A stretch of DNA of 64,000 bases, taken from an uncultured delta proteobacterium. GTDB taxonomy: Bacteria > Desulfobacterota > Binatia > Binatales > Binataceae. The notes beneath the pieces were generated by a model. The model worked only from the letters and a program-made list of their open reading frames with translations, did not search any database and was not told the DNA's origin. This document shows, piece by piece, positions 13,874-23,075 of this stretch (position 1 is the stretch's first letter; each line of letters opens with the position of its first letter). Where the stretch lies: positions 160,001-224,000 of the forward strand of contig CAVRVY010000004.1 of assembly GCA_963724765.1 (NCBI GenBank), in the 5' to 3' direction. The position numbers and the translations under genes were made by a program.

Positions 13874-14350
13874 TCAGGCTTTGGACCAGTGCTCCCAGTC
13901 CTTGGCAAAGTCCTGCACTGTTATCGCTCGGCGCAGGCTGAAATCGGGATTCAGCAAGTCGTAGATGTGATCGTCCTTGCCACGCATGCTGAAATACACC
14001 ACCACTCCGTCGTCACCCCCACCTTCTATGTGAATTTCGTTTTCGGCTCCGCTCGAGAAAGCACCCGCCCGCTTTATCTTCTCGACGACGCCATTGGCAG
14101 TTTGTTCGAAGATGTGGAGCGAGCCCTCGAGCACCAGAGTTGTGGTCGCCGCTACGTGGCGATGGAAAAGACAGCGGCTCCCGGGCTCGAATTTGACCAG
14201 CATGTCAGCGGTGTGAGCCGCGACGTTGACGTCCAGAATCCGGTAGTAACAGCCTTCGGTAAGGAAGTCCTTCCACTCGATATTCGTGGTATCAAAGCGG
14301 AAGTTTGCCGGGCTGGTCTGGTGTCGCTCAACAGGCGTGGAGTCGTTCAT
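13874..14350 (-). CDS. Cupin-fold protein (ChrR-like cupin)
   Basis: KFEPGSRCLFHRH...LVLEG...IHIEGGG metal-binding cupin pattern; start placed at ATG 14350. Confidence 0.65.
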   Translation of the reverse strand: MNDSTPVERHQTSPANFRFDTTNIEWKDFLTEGCYYRILDVNVAAHTADMLVKFEPGSRCLFHRHVAATTTLVLEGSLHIFEQTANGVVEKIKRAGAFSSGAENEIHIEGGGDDGVVVYFSMRGKDDHIYDLLNPDFSLRRAITVQDFAKDWEHWSKA

Positions 14351-14545
14351 TCTGCTTCCCTCGTAATGGATTATCCCGGAGACATCAGGGAAGTCCCACG
14401 GTTCCCGGCTATGTTTATAGCACAGCAGCCGGTGAGCCCGAAGTGTTTCGCGTTGACCCGATATCTCGTGGGCCATTTTCGAAATTAGTTGCGCATGAGT
14501 CTGCGACATGAGCCTGGTTGACTGTCGGCGCGACTCGGGGCCCGT

Positions 14546-15817
14546 TCACTGCGTGTACAAATCCGTGGTGTTGAGTGACCCGAAGATGCCTCCACCGCCG
14601 GCAATGAGGACCTTGCCGTTGGGTAGCAGCGTGGCAGTTGCATCAAGGCGCTGATAATTCATGCTGGGAGTTAAAGAAGCCGGAAAAAAGCTGTTGGTTG
14701 CGGGATCGTAGATATCAACGATGCTCGTATCAATGCTCCCAGTTATTCCGCCTGCGATCAGCACATTGGCATTGTTCAGCAACGTGGCTGTGGCTTCCAC
14801 ACGAGCCTTGTTCATCAGCGGAGTCGAAGACGCCGGGGCGAAGGTATTGCTCGCTGGGTCATACAAATCCACGTCGTTAAGTATCGGGTTCAAGGTGCCC
14901 CCACTCAGACCCAGGCCGCCAGCGATGAGCACTTTGCCGTTGGCCAGCAAAGTCGCCGTGGCTTGTTCGCGCGCTTCGTTCATTAACGGGGTCGAGGTGG
15001 CGAAGCTATTGGTAGCTGGATCGTACAAGTCCACGCTATTGGTCGGGGACTCTGTGGCTAACGATTTGCCATCATCGCCGCCGGCAATCAGCACCTTGCC
15101 ATTCGGTAACAGTGTCGCTGTGGCGTCACCCCGCGCGTCGCTCATCGCAGGAAGTGACGCGGCGGCGGCGAAGCTGTTGGTCGCCGGATCGTACAACTCC
15201 ACGCTGTTTAGCTGTATCCCGGGAGGATAAGGAAGCGCCGCGAAGCCACCCCCCCTGCGATCAGCACCTTGCCGTTGGGCAACAATACGGCGGTGGCCTG
15301 AGTGCGCGCAGTGTTCATGACCGGAACTGACGCGGCTGTAGCAAAGCTGTTGGTCGCCGGGTCATACAACTCGATGCTGTTTAGCGGTCCTGGAACGCCC
15401 CCCCCCAAGGGCCTCACCGCCCGCTATCAGCACCTTGCCGTTCGGCAGCAACACGGCGGCGGCCTGATAGCGCGCCGTGTTCATCGTGGGAGTCGAAGCG
15501 GGCGGAGCAAAACTGTTGCTCGCGGAACCATACAACTCCACGCTGTCGAGATACGTTCCAAAAAAGGGAGAGAGCGAGGTGCGGCCAAAGCCGCCTGCGA
15601 TAAGCACGTTACCGTTGGGCAACAACGTGGCGGTGGCGCCTTGACGTTCCTGATTCATGGAGGGGGTGGTACCTAGCGCAGCAAAGCTGCCACCTGAGGC
15701 AGGCTGCGCCTGCGGCGAAGACCCTGCCGAAGGCGAGGCGGACGAACCGCCGCCACATCCGGCAAGCATCAGGATGACGCTGAAGATGAGACCGCACCAG
15801 CTGCGTCCACTGGTCAT
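14546..15817 (-). pseudogene. Kelch-repeat (7-blade beta-propeller) lipoprotein broken by two poly-G frameshifts
   Basis: Lipobox LAGC; seven ATxxLLxNGKVLIAGG...ELYDP repeats over three ORFs; frame changes at G9 (15398-15406) and G7 (15249-15255); G8 at both restores one 423-aa ORF. Confidence 0.85.
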
Positions 15818-15953
15818 GTTGTTCCTCTCTGAGATCTTCAAACCTTCGGGATTCGACCGCAGATGCTCGGGCGTCCGGACGCGCTGCGAGGCGGCGAGCG
15901 CGGCGCCAGCGCGCCATGCCGACAATGAAAGCAGCGCGCAGGTCGAATCGGCT

Positions 15954-15981
15954 AGCTGACATAATATTTCAAGCGCCTGTT
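15954..15981 (-). other. dif-like Xer site A
   Basis: + strand AGCTGACATAA-TATTTC-AAGCGCCTGTT; XerD arm 10/11 and spacer 6/6 identical to dif; XerC arm degenerate. Confidence 0.75.
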
Positions 15982-16057
15982 ACGAACTCTGCGTTCGCGC
16001 CACGCTTGCAATAGGAGTAAAGCCGGATGTGCGTGCTAGACGCGAAGGAGCCAAGCA

Positions 16058-16426
16058 ATGGCAGTTAAAGCGATAGGGGAATTTTCGTTCAAGGCCATCA
16101 CCAGCACCTACAGTCCCGGGCCGGCGGGAAGCGTTCTCGACCAAGTGAATTGGGAAGGGACGGCGGCGGGGTTCGGAACAGTCTTCGGCACGGCTACCTA
16201 CGTCGGTGGTTCCAAGAACGGGACCTTCAGTGCGTGTTGGGTCGCTTACCTGGACAACGGCGAGCAACTTTCGGGTATCGGTTCTGGCACCTATGAGAGC
16301 AGCGGCAAACACCACTGGCGCACGCAGCACGTAATTCACATATCCGACGGCACTAGTATCGTCAACGAAGGTGAGATCGACCTGGCCACTCGGTCGTGGA
16401 CGGGTAAAAATTTCGAGAATAGCTGA
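16058..16426 (+). CDS. Hypothetical beta-rich protein, sole gene between dif-like sites A and B
   Basis: 122-aa ORF with AAGGAG RBS. Confidence 0.75.
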   Translation: MAVKAIGEFSFKAITSTYSPGPAGSVLDQVNWEGTAAGFGTVFGTATYVGGSKNGTFSACWVAYLDNGEQLSGIGSGTYESSGKHHWRTQHVIHISDGTSIVNEGEIDLATRSWTGKNFENS

Positions 16427-16557
16427 ACGCGGGAGTCTCGCCTCCGCCGGCCCGGCGCGCATAAAGGAGGACTTTCGTCCAAAAATTCCTCTGCTGAAGG
16501 GTTGGTAAGCGCGGCGAGCCGGAATCGGTCGCCGCGCTTTTCATTCGCGGATAAGCA

Positions 16558-16585
16558 AGCAGACATAATATTTCTCACGCAACTG
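16558..16585 (-). other. dif-like Xer site B
   Basis: + strand AGCAGACATAA-TATTTC-TCACGCAACTG; same spacer as dif. Confidence 0.75.
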
Positions 16586-16587
16586 GA

Positions 16588-16615
16588 CCGAAGCGCTGGC
16601 GACGTTACGTCAACT
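16588..16615 (+). other. Inverted dif-like Xer site F
   Basis: CCGAAGCGCTG-GCGACG-TTACGTCAACT; XerD arm 10/11 to dif; lies 2 bp from site B. Confidence 0.65.
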
Positions 16616-17447
16616 ACGTTGGCGATTTTGTTGCAATCGACAGTCATTTCAAATAGGCTTGTCGAATGGCTCAGAATCTGGTCAGAGCGGCCAAGGCGAT
16701 AGCGCGAGCGACGGCGAGCCGAGTAGTAGTCCCGCTACTCGTCCACGGCGAGGTGCGCTGTGAGCCTCGCGAACCCGGATCTAGGAGAACTTGAAGTGAG
16801 GCCCTTTAACCTCCAGTACAAAGGCCCGCTTCATTCAATGCAATCGGATAAAGCTGATCGAAAAAAAGAAGTCCATGATATTCGGCGAGCGTTTCACGAC
16901 CAATTAAAGCGACCGTGGAAATCGACCGAATTGCTCCGCTTTAAGTCGCAACACGATTATCACGGGTTCCCTTATCGCGGACAGCGTTATCAATCCGGAG
17001 ATGGACGGTGGCTACCTCTTGATCTAGATTGGGCTGTTACAAAACGAACAAAAGCCGGGCGAGACATAAATTTCATTCCTTTAGTAATACGCGCTACAGG
17101 GATGGCCCTTACTTGTGAACTTGAAATGCGGATTGCCTGGCGCGAAAAGACTCAAGGTGGGATCGTTCGAGCGACCGCAGAAGGCTTCGATTTAGACAAT
17201 CGGCTTAAACACATTCTCGATGCATTGGCGATCCCACAAGACAATCAATTGCCTGACGACGTTGCGGCTGACCCGTCGCCATATTTTCTAACCTTGCTCG
17301 AAGACGACGGCTTGATAACTCGCATCGATGTAAAGGCACATCCGATTGGCTTGCCAAAGCAACCAACGGAGCTAGACGCTTATCTTGAGTGGAGTTGACC
17401 CGGTTTCGTGGACAGTGGCGGAGTGGGGAAAGTGAAGGAGAGCCACG

Positions 17448-17762
17448 ATGCCCAAGAGTCATGCACGGTATGCGCTGGAATACCGGCGCCGAATGGTGGA
17501 GCTGGCGCGGGCAGGGCGTAGTCCCGACGATCTCGCGAAGGAGTTCGAGCCGACCGCCCAGTCGATTCGCAACTGGGTGGCGCAGGCGGAGCGCGATGCG
17601 GGCCGTCGTCTTGATGGGCTGACCAGCGACGAGCGGCAGGAGCTTACCCGGCTGCGGCGTGAGAACCGGGTGCTGCGCGAAGAGCGCGAGATACTATCAA
17701 AAGCCGCGGCCTGGTTCGCGACGGAGACCGGTTCGGTGCCGTCACGGCGTTCGAATTCGTGA
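17448..17762 (+). CDS. IS3 transposase OrfA (HTH plus leucine zipper)
   Basis: YALEYRRRMVEL...SIRNWV...ELTRLRRENRVLREEREILSKAAAWF; AAAAG possible -1 slip site near 17699. Confidence 0.92.
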   Translation: MPKSHARYALEYRRRMVELARAGRSPDDLAKEFEPTAQSIRNWVAQAERDAGRRLDGLTSDERQELTRLRRENRVLREEREILSKAAAWFATETGSVPSRRSNS

Positions 17763-18643
17763 GCGCGAATCAGGCCATGTACCAGATTGCGACGATGTGC
17801 CGGGTGCTGGAGGTCTCCACCAGCGGATACTACGCGTGGTGCCAACGCTCGCCGTCCGCGCGCGCCCAGGCGGACGCGGAACTCACTTCACGGATGAACG
17901 CGATTCATGAGAGATCGTACGGGACCTACGGCGCACCGCGCATTCACGCCGAACTTGAGGCTGAAGGCATTCAAGTGGGGCGCAAGCGGGTGGCGCGGCT
18001 AATGCGCGCGGCAGGCTTGGCCGGCGTGAGCCGGCGCAAGTGGATAACCACCACGATGCGTGACCGCAATGCGCGTCCGGCGCCGGACCTGGTCGAGCGC
18101 AACTTCATGGCGCCAGGACCGAATCGGTTGTGGGTGGCTGACATCACCTATATCCCGACCTGGGCTGGTTTCCTGTATCTCGCGGTAGTGTTGGACGCCT
18201 TCAGCCGCCGGATCGTGGGCTGGGCGATGGCGACTCATCTGCGCACCGAGCTGGTGCTCGAAGCACTGAACATGGCGCTGGCGCAGCGGCGGCCCGCCGG
18301 GGTGATCCATCATTCCGACCAAGGCACACAGTACACGTCGATCGCCTTCGGGATACGTTGCCGGGAGGCCGGCGCGCGACCCTCGATGGGCTCGGTCGGT
18401 GATTGCTTCGACAATGCCATGTGCGAGAGCTTTTTCGCTACGCTCGAATGCGAGCTGCTCGACCGCCGCCGTTTCCACACCCAAGCCGAGGCGCGCATGG
18501 CGGTCTTCGAGTTCATCGAGGGCTGGTACAATCCCCATCGCCGCCACTCCGCCCTCGACTATCTGTCGCCAATCAACTACGAAAGGAGCCACGACCCAGA
18601 GGAGTCAACCGCAAGCCCTCCGCCGTCCACTGAACCGGGGTAA
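17759..18643 (+). CDS. IS3 transposase OrfB (DDE integrase core)
   Basis: WVADITY, HHSDQGTQY, DNAMCESFF motifs. Confidence 0.95.
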   Translation: MSANQAMYQIATMCRVLEVSTSGYYAWCQRSPSARAQADAELTSRMNAIHERSYGTYGAPRIHAELEAEGIQVGRKRVARLMRAAGLAGVSRRKWITTTMRDRNARPAPDLVERNFMAPGPNRLWVADITYIPTWAGFLYLAVVLDAFSRRIVGWAMATHLRTELVLEALNMALAQRRPAGVIHHSDQGTQYTSIAFGIRCREAGARPSMGSVGDCFDNAMCESFFATLECELLDRRRFHTQAEARMAVFEFIEGWYNPHRRHSALDYLSPINYERSHDPEESTASPPPSTEPG

Positions 18644-18764
18644 CTCCAGAGATCGACATTGATGTGACGGTCCAGAGCGATGCGCTCGATGATTTTTAAG
18701 CCTTTCTGAGACTCGTTGGCGCCTGTTGAGTCGCGCTTTAGTATGCTGCGCGGATGTTCGCGCC

Positions 18765-19217
18765 CTACTCCAATAAGTCCACCATTGAAGACCCTAATTG
18801 TTGGTGGATCTGCTCCCAACGTGCCGTCGCCGCAAGGAGTTTGTCGTGGGCCTTGTCGCGCTCTTTCTCAAGGTCTGTGATTTGCGTTTTCAATTCCCGC
18901 ACCGCGCTCTCGACTGATTGAACATTTTGGACGGCCGTATGGCGCGCTTGTGCTAGGCGCGCCAGTTCTGGCTCAAGTGAGGGTCTCACATTTGAAGTAG
19001 CAGTGTCACGATATTCTCGAAACTTCTGATAATTCAGTTCTGCTTTTTCTCGCAATTCGTTGACATATGGCAACGTGCCTTTCGTATTGTTCGCCTTTGT
19101 TCTTATGAGCATGAGCTGGTCGTCATATTTTTGGACGCGCTCGCTCGCTTGGATACGTTTGGCATTTTCCACTTCCAGAGCATGTTGAAGATTTTCTCTA
19201 ATGCCCACCTCGTTCAC
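18765..19217 (-). CDS. Coiled-coil passenger protein of IS1595 #1
   Basis: 150-aa heptad-rich ORF, coupled (GTGA overlap) to the upstream small ORF. Confidence 0.6.
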   Translation of the reverse strand: MNEVGIRENLQHALEVENAKRIQASERVQKYDDQLMLIRTKANNTKGTLPYVNELREKAELNYQKFREYRDTATSNVRPSLEPELARLAQARHTAVQNVQSVESAVRELKTQITDLEKERDKAHDKLLAATARWEQIHQQLGSSMVDLLE

Positions 19218-19381
19218 CTCTGCCCGATCCTTGTCTTTGGATCTGAATGAATTGCTTTTCCTAACAACTTGTCAAACTTTCCTAAGTCAATATGGCGGAT
19301 CTGCTCCCGCAGCTTGTCATCCTCTGCGCGCTGCTTTTCGCTGATCGGCTTGTGCTTTTGCCTACGCTTTTTTGTGGCCAC
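19214..19381 (-). CDS. Small basic protein downstream of transposase #1 (55 aa, not in ORF track)
   Basis: MATKKRRQKHKPISEKQRAEDDKLREQIRHIDLGKFDKLLGKAI…; homologous to 24699-24854; TAAAGT -10 box 6 nt before GTG. Confidence 0.72.
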   Translation of the reverse strand: MATKKRRQKHKPISEKQRAEDDKLREQIRHIDLGKFDKLLGKAIHSDPKTRIGQR

Positions 19382-19431
19382 GCTTGTACTTTAGCGCGGC
19401 CACGGAGCCTAGGCCATATGGTGCTTGCAAA

Positions 19432-20364
19432 CTATCCACTGCACGTTTCGACCATCGCAGCAAAGGCGTCTGCGCTGTGGCGATTGTTGTGGCGAAAGCT
19501 GAACTCATTTAGATACAGCGGCAGATAATCCTTGCTCACGTGGTGATAGGTGCCCACCACGCCACGCTTGAGCAATGCCCAGAACGATTCGATATTGTTT
19601 GTGTGAACCTCGCCGCGCACATATTCGCCGCGACCGTGATTCACAGCCTGATGCGGGATGCTTCTGTTCAGATAGCGATAGGCTTGATTTTCATCGGTCG
19701 CAACCAGTGAAACCTTGTCGCTCACAGTGCGATTAACGAAACCAGTCAGAGTTTGGGCGCCCATATCGCCAATGACCTTGGCGACGATGTTGCCCTTGCG
19801 CTCGATAGCGCCAATCACGCCGACTTTGCCGTAGCCGATGGCTTCGCCTAGAGGCTGTCGGCCTTTGGCCTTGCGTACCTGGGCGCTTTTCTTGCCGTAG
19901 TGGCGATTCCGATCCTTTCCACCGATGTAAGTTTCATCGACTTCGACTTGGCCAGTCAGCGAAAACGCATCGCCTTTCATCGCAGCACGCCAGCGATGGC
20001 AGATATACCAAGCTGTGCGCCAGTCTGTACCTGAATCCTCGCCAAACATAACGCGCCGAACCTGAAGCGAGCTAATGCCTTTCTTCGCGGTCAGCATCAT
20101 GTAGCCAATGCGAAACCAGATAACCAGTGAGACTTTGGTGTCTTGAAAAATCGTGGCTGTGGTGACGCTAAAGCGATAGCCCGCGCGCTTGCCGCAATCG
20201 GCGTTGCAGCAAGTCCAGCTAAAGGGTTTCTTTAACTTGTAGATTTTCTCCGCACGATTACAGCGAGGGCAGCGCACGCCGTTCGGCCAGCGCTTGGCGA
20301 CGATGTATTCTTTGCAGGCTTCATCGGTCGGAAACTGTTTCTCGAATAGCGCCAGTGTTTCCAT
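19432..20364 (-). CDS. IS1595-family transposase #1
   Basis: Zn ribbon (RWPNGVRCPRC), EVDETYIGG, VATDE, HTNNIESFW, YLNEFSFRHN. Confidence 0.95.
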   Translation of the reverse strand: METLALFEKQFPTDEACKEYIVAKRWPNGVRCPRCNRAEKIYKLKKPFSWTCCNADCGKRAGYRFSVTTATIFQDTKVSLVIWFRIGYMMLTAKKGISSLQVRRVMFGEDSGTDWRTAWYICHRWRAAMKGDAFSLTGQVEVDETYIGGKDRNRHYGKKSAQVRKAKGRQPLGEAIGYGKVGVIGAIERKGNIVAKVIGDMGAQTLTGFVNRTVSDKVSLVATDENQAYRYLNRSIPHQAVNHGRGEYVRGEVHTNNIESFWALLKRGVVGTYHHVSKDYLPLYLNEFSFRHNNRHSADAFAAMVETCSG

Positions 20365-20371
20365 GCTTCAG

Positions 20372-20400
20372 ATATTAGCGCTCTTTGCGTTGACTGTCAA
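20372..20400 (-). promoter_or_regulatory. sigma70-type promoter of transposase #1 (TTGACA-17-TAATAT), likely leaderless
   Basis: -35 box at TIR positions 17-22; -10 box ends 7 nt before ATG. Confidence 0.7.
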
Positions 20401-20420
20401 TACCAACAAAATAGCCACTA

Positions 20421-20449
20421 CGTAGACATAAATACTTGGAGTGCAAGTT
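20421..20449 (-). other. dif-like Xer site C (degenerate)
   Basis: + strand CGTAGACATAA-ATACTTG-GAGTGCAAGTT; XerC-side GTGCAA matches site D only with a 7-bp spacer. Confidence 0.55.
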
Positions 20450-20955
20450 CACCCTCTCAGGTCCGGAGTCGGCCTCGAAGCGGAAACCAGCAGGGAGATA
20501 AAGGCGATTACAGTTACACCAAGGATCCAAAGGGTCGCCAGCATGAATATGACCGCTTCCTCGCGGATGAGATAACCGGCAGCTGCCGCAAAGCTCGCGG
20601 CAGCGATTCCTAAGCCCATCACACTCGTAGTGGAAGAGCGAAGTATTTCAGTCCGATGTCGGGAGGTTTCGAGCACGAGACGACCGCCGCCGATGAGATG
20701 TATTAGACCAGACACTGCGTTGCAGATCTGCCATGCAATGTGCTCTTCGGATGCCAGATACACCAGCAGAAGCGCAGCGAAAAGGGACAGAAATAGAGCG
20801 CTCAGCGAGGAGTACATGAAATGAAACAGCGCCGAGGTTTGGCCCCTACCTAGACGGTGAGATCGCTCACCAAAAACAAAGACCACGCCGATGAATCCGG
20901 TCAGAGTCGCGGCCACTTGCGCGTAGGCGAGGAGAATAACCGCGTAACTACTCAT
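20449..20955 (-). CDS. Multi-pass membrane hypothetical protein, sole gene between dif-like sites C and D
   Basis: About 5 hydrophobic segments; stop codon abuts site C. Confidence 0.75.
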   Translation of the reverse strand: MSSYAVILLAYAQVAATLTGFIGVVFVFGERSHRLGRGQTSALFHFMYSSLSALFLSLFAALLLVYLASEEHIAWQICNAVSGLIHLIGGGRLVLETSRHRTEILRSSTTSVMGLGIAAASFAAAAGYLIREEAVIFMLATLWILGVTVIAFISLLVSASRPTPDLRG

Positions 20956-21000
20956 GTTGGGGTGCTAGGCTCTCTCGAAATCACGATAATTTTCGAGTCT

Positions 21001-21028
21001 GGTGAACATAATATTTCTCGTGCAACTG
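21001..21028 (-). other. dif-like Xer site D
   Basis: + strand GGTGAACATAA-TATTTC-TCGTGCAACTG; same spacer as dif; XerC arm 9/11 to site B. Confidence 0.75.
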
Positions 21029-21030
21029 CA

Positions 21031-21058
21031 AAGAAGCGGTCGCAAGATTATGTCAACT
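21031..21058 (+). other. Inverted dif-like Xer site E
   Basis: AAGAAGCGGTC-GCAAGA-TTATGTCAACT; XerD arm identical to dif; lies 2 bp from site D. Confidence 0.7.
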
Positions 21059-21084
21059 TGAATCAAGTGGCGATTATCCGGCGC

Positions 21085-21113
21085 TTGACACCGACCCAAT
21101 AAAGCGCTATTCT
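21085..21113 (+). promoter_or_regulatory. sigma70-type promoter of transposase #2 (TTGACA-17-TATTCT), likely leaderless
   Basis: -35 box at TIR positions 17-22; -10 box ends 7 nt before ATG 21121. Confidence 0.72.
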
Positions 21114-21120
21114 TTTCATC

Positions 21121-22101
21121 ATGAATACGAAGAGAAAGCCCGTTGTTCGGCAGATGCAATTGCGCGAGCTTCTGGCCCGTTTCTCGACTGAGGATGCTTG
21201 CAAAGAACACCTTGACCGAAGGCGCTGGCCGGATGGTGTGGTCAAGTGCCCGCGTTGCGGCGGCAAAGCATACCGGCTCAAGGCGCGCCCCTTCCACTAC
21301 CTGTGCAAGAGCGGCAAGCAATCGACCGATAAAGAGACCGGCGATGTCGTTACCTGCCACAAACAAAACGGCTATCGCTTCTCCGTCATCACGCGAACTG
21401 TGTTCGAGAATACGAACTACCCTCTTCGAGAATGGTTCCGGGTAATCTTCTTCATGCTGCACTCGAAGAAAGGAATGTCTGCCCATCAGATACACCGCAT
21501 GATCGGAACCGGCTCGTATGAAACCGCTTGGTATATGTGCATACGAATTCGCGCCGCAATGCGCGGCGATATGCTTTCGCTGAGCGGCATTGTAGAAGCG
21601 GACGAGACTTACATCGGCGGGAAGGATCGCAATCGACACTGGAACAAAAAGAGCCGTCAGCAACGTGAATTGGCTGGGCCACAACCGCTTGGCGAGGCCG
21701 TTGGATACGGGAAAAGCGGAGTCATCGGCGCAATCGCTCGCAAGGGTAACGTCGTCTGCCGCGTGATCGGCGATCAGGATGCTCGCACGCTTGCGGGTTT
21801 CGTTCGCAACGTCGTTGACGACAAGGTAACCCTCGTCGCGACGGACGAGAACCAAGCCTACAATTATTTGGACCGCGACATTCGCCATGAGGCGGTCAAG
21901 CACAGCGCTGGCGAATACGTGCGCGGCGAGGTCCATACGAACAACATCGAGAGTTTCTGGAGCCTTCTGAAGCGTGGCGTTGTGGGCACCTATCACAACG
22001 TGAGCAAGAAATATCTGCCGCTGTATCTGAATGAATTTTCCTTCCGATTCAACAATCGCGAGAACCCTGATATCTTCGACGCCATCCTTCGAGGATGCTG
22101 A
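21121..22101 (+). CDS. IS1595-family transposase #2
   Basis: RWPDGVVKCPRC, EADETYIGG, VATDE, HTNNIESFW, YLNEFSFRFNNR. Confidence 0.95.
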   Translation: MNTKRKPVVRQMQLRELLARFSTEDACKEHLDRRRWPDGVVKCPRCGGKAYRLKARPFHYLCKSGKQSTDKETGDVVTCHKQNGYRFSVITRTVFENTNYPLREWFRVIFFMLHSKKGMSAHQIHRMIGTGSYETAWYMCIRIRAAMRGDMLSLSGIVEADETYIGGKDRNRHWNKKSRQQRELAGPQPLGEAVGYGKSGVIGAIARKGNVVCRVIGDQDARTLAGFVRNVVDDKVTLVATDENQAYNYLDRDIRHEAVKHSAGEYVRGEVHTNNIESFWSLLKRGVVGTYHNVSKKYLPLYLNEFSFRFNNRENPDIFDAILRGC

Positions 22102-22177
22102 GTTCGCCACGCTGGCGGCGCCCTCAGCAACCGTCAAAGCCAGCGCAATTGCGGTTACCGTTTGCTGCGAGGGTGGG

Positions 22178-22453
22178 ATGGCACGGAAGAAAGCAAAACG
22201 ATCGGTTGGATCAGCTCGCGTTCCAATTTCCGATGAAAAATTGATCGCGCGCCTCCAAGAGAAAGCGCCGGAGCTATTGACTGCCAAGGTTTCGGAAGCG
22301 GCCTTTGATTCGGTCATAGACAATCTGCTTGCGGAATCGCCATCCGATGATCGTCCGCATTTCTATTGCCGCAAATGCGGGGAATATCACCTGAAAAGTC
22401 ATTTGCACTATCAACCTAGCGCCACTACGAAAACCACCCCAAAACAAGCTTGA
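22178..22453 (+). CDS. Small basic protein downstream of transposase #2, with C-terminal CxxC/His motif
   Basis: MARKKAKRS…AAFDSVIDNLL…YCRKCGEYHLKSH; GAGGG RBS before ATG 22178. Confidence 0.65.
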   Translation: MARKKAKRSVGSARVPISDEKLIARLQEKAPELLTAKVSEAAFDSVIDNLLAESPSDDRPHFYCRKCGEYHLKSHLHYQPSATTKTTPKQA

Positions 22454-23075
22454 GCGATCAAGAGAAGAAAGATTCCCCCGAACCCGCAGAGCGCGGAACG
22501 AAGGGGAGTCACCTGACGGGGCACTTCGAACTCGATCTCCCAAATCCCAACGAGGATACAACCGCAGGCGAAAGAATCAGAAATCCTTCAAGCGCCGCCT
22601 TTTTAACGACCTGCGAAACCCGCGCTTTTATATCGAAGGATTCGCTCTCATCGTTGTTGCCATCTATACCGGCTTCGCTGGATATCAATCGTGTCAGTTG
22701 GAACGCTCTACCATTGCGACCAAAGAAAGCGCTGATGCTGCGGTTGCGGCGACGCGTGCCTTGATCTTTCTCGAAGAGAAACCATTTTTCGGCAGTTATG
22801 GACCTGTATGCACTATGGGCTTGCAAAATGTCGGCAAGATTCCCGCTACTCAGATAATCGAAACGCACGAATTCAAGATCACCGCCAACGATAATGCCGT
22901 TCCGAGTTTTTCCCGATGTCCTGAAGGGAAGAAACTCCGCTTCCCGTATATCAGGCCTGATCATCCGAGAATCTTCGCAATCGCTCCACCGGTCGGAGCT
23001 TCCCAGACTCCGCCCACAGTCTGGATTCACGGCTGTATTCGCTATCGCGACTTCTTGAGCGCGCGTCTAGTTTAG
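22450..23075 (+). pseudogene. Membrane-anchored passenger protein, probably frameshifted
   Basis: The frame of the 22698-23075 ORF stays open upstream through a TM segment (FALIVVAIYTGFAGYQ) but has no start; the likely TTG start at 22450 is in another frame. Confidence 0.45.

Larger units (their letters stand above)
17390..18648 (+). mobile_element. IS3-family insertion sequence (1259 bp)
   Basis: TG...CA ends; 26-bp imperfect IRs TGGAGTTGACCCGGTTTCGTGGACAG / TGGAGTTACCCCGGTTCAGTGGACGG; 3-bp target duplication GAG. Confidence 0.95.
16760..18699 (+). pseudogene. RusA-like (Holliday junction resolvase fold) passenger gene interrupted by IS3
   Basis: DLDNRLKHILDAL...LLEDDGLI motif; removing IS3 and one GAG copy rejoins 16760-17389 with 18652-18699 (…DAYLE|IDIDVTVQSDALDDF*). 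Confidence 0.65.
16621..20416 (-). mobile_element. IS1595-family cargo transposon #1 (contains nested IS3)
   Basis: 26-bp TIRs GGCGATTTTGTTGCAATCGACAGTCA (16621) / GGCTATTTTGTTGGTATTGACAGTCA (20416, minus), 22/26 identical; flanks ACTACGTT (16613-16620) and ACTACGTA (20417-20424). Confidence 0.88.

Noticed and set aside
14489-14516. GTTGCGCATGA resembling a XerC arm
   Set aside because: No XerD-like arm at 6-bp spacing, so it is not counted as a dif-like site.
14546-15817. Kelch repeats as a CRISPR array or DGR target
   Set aside because: The repeats are protein-coding and degenerate at codon third positions; there is no cas gene, reverse transcriptase or template/variable repeat pair in the window.
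20965-22323. 452-aa minus-strand ORF over transposase #2
   Set aside because: Antisense to the IS1595 transposase and crosses the element boundary and Xer sites.
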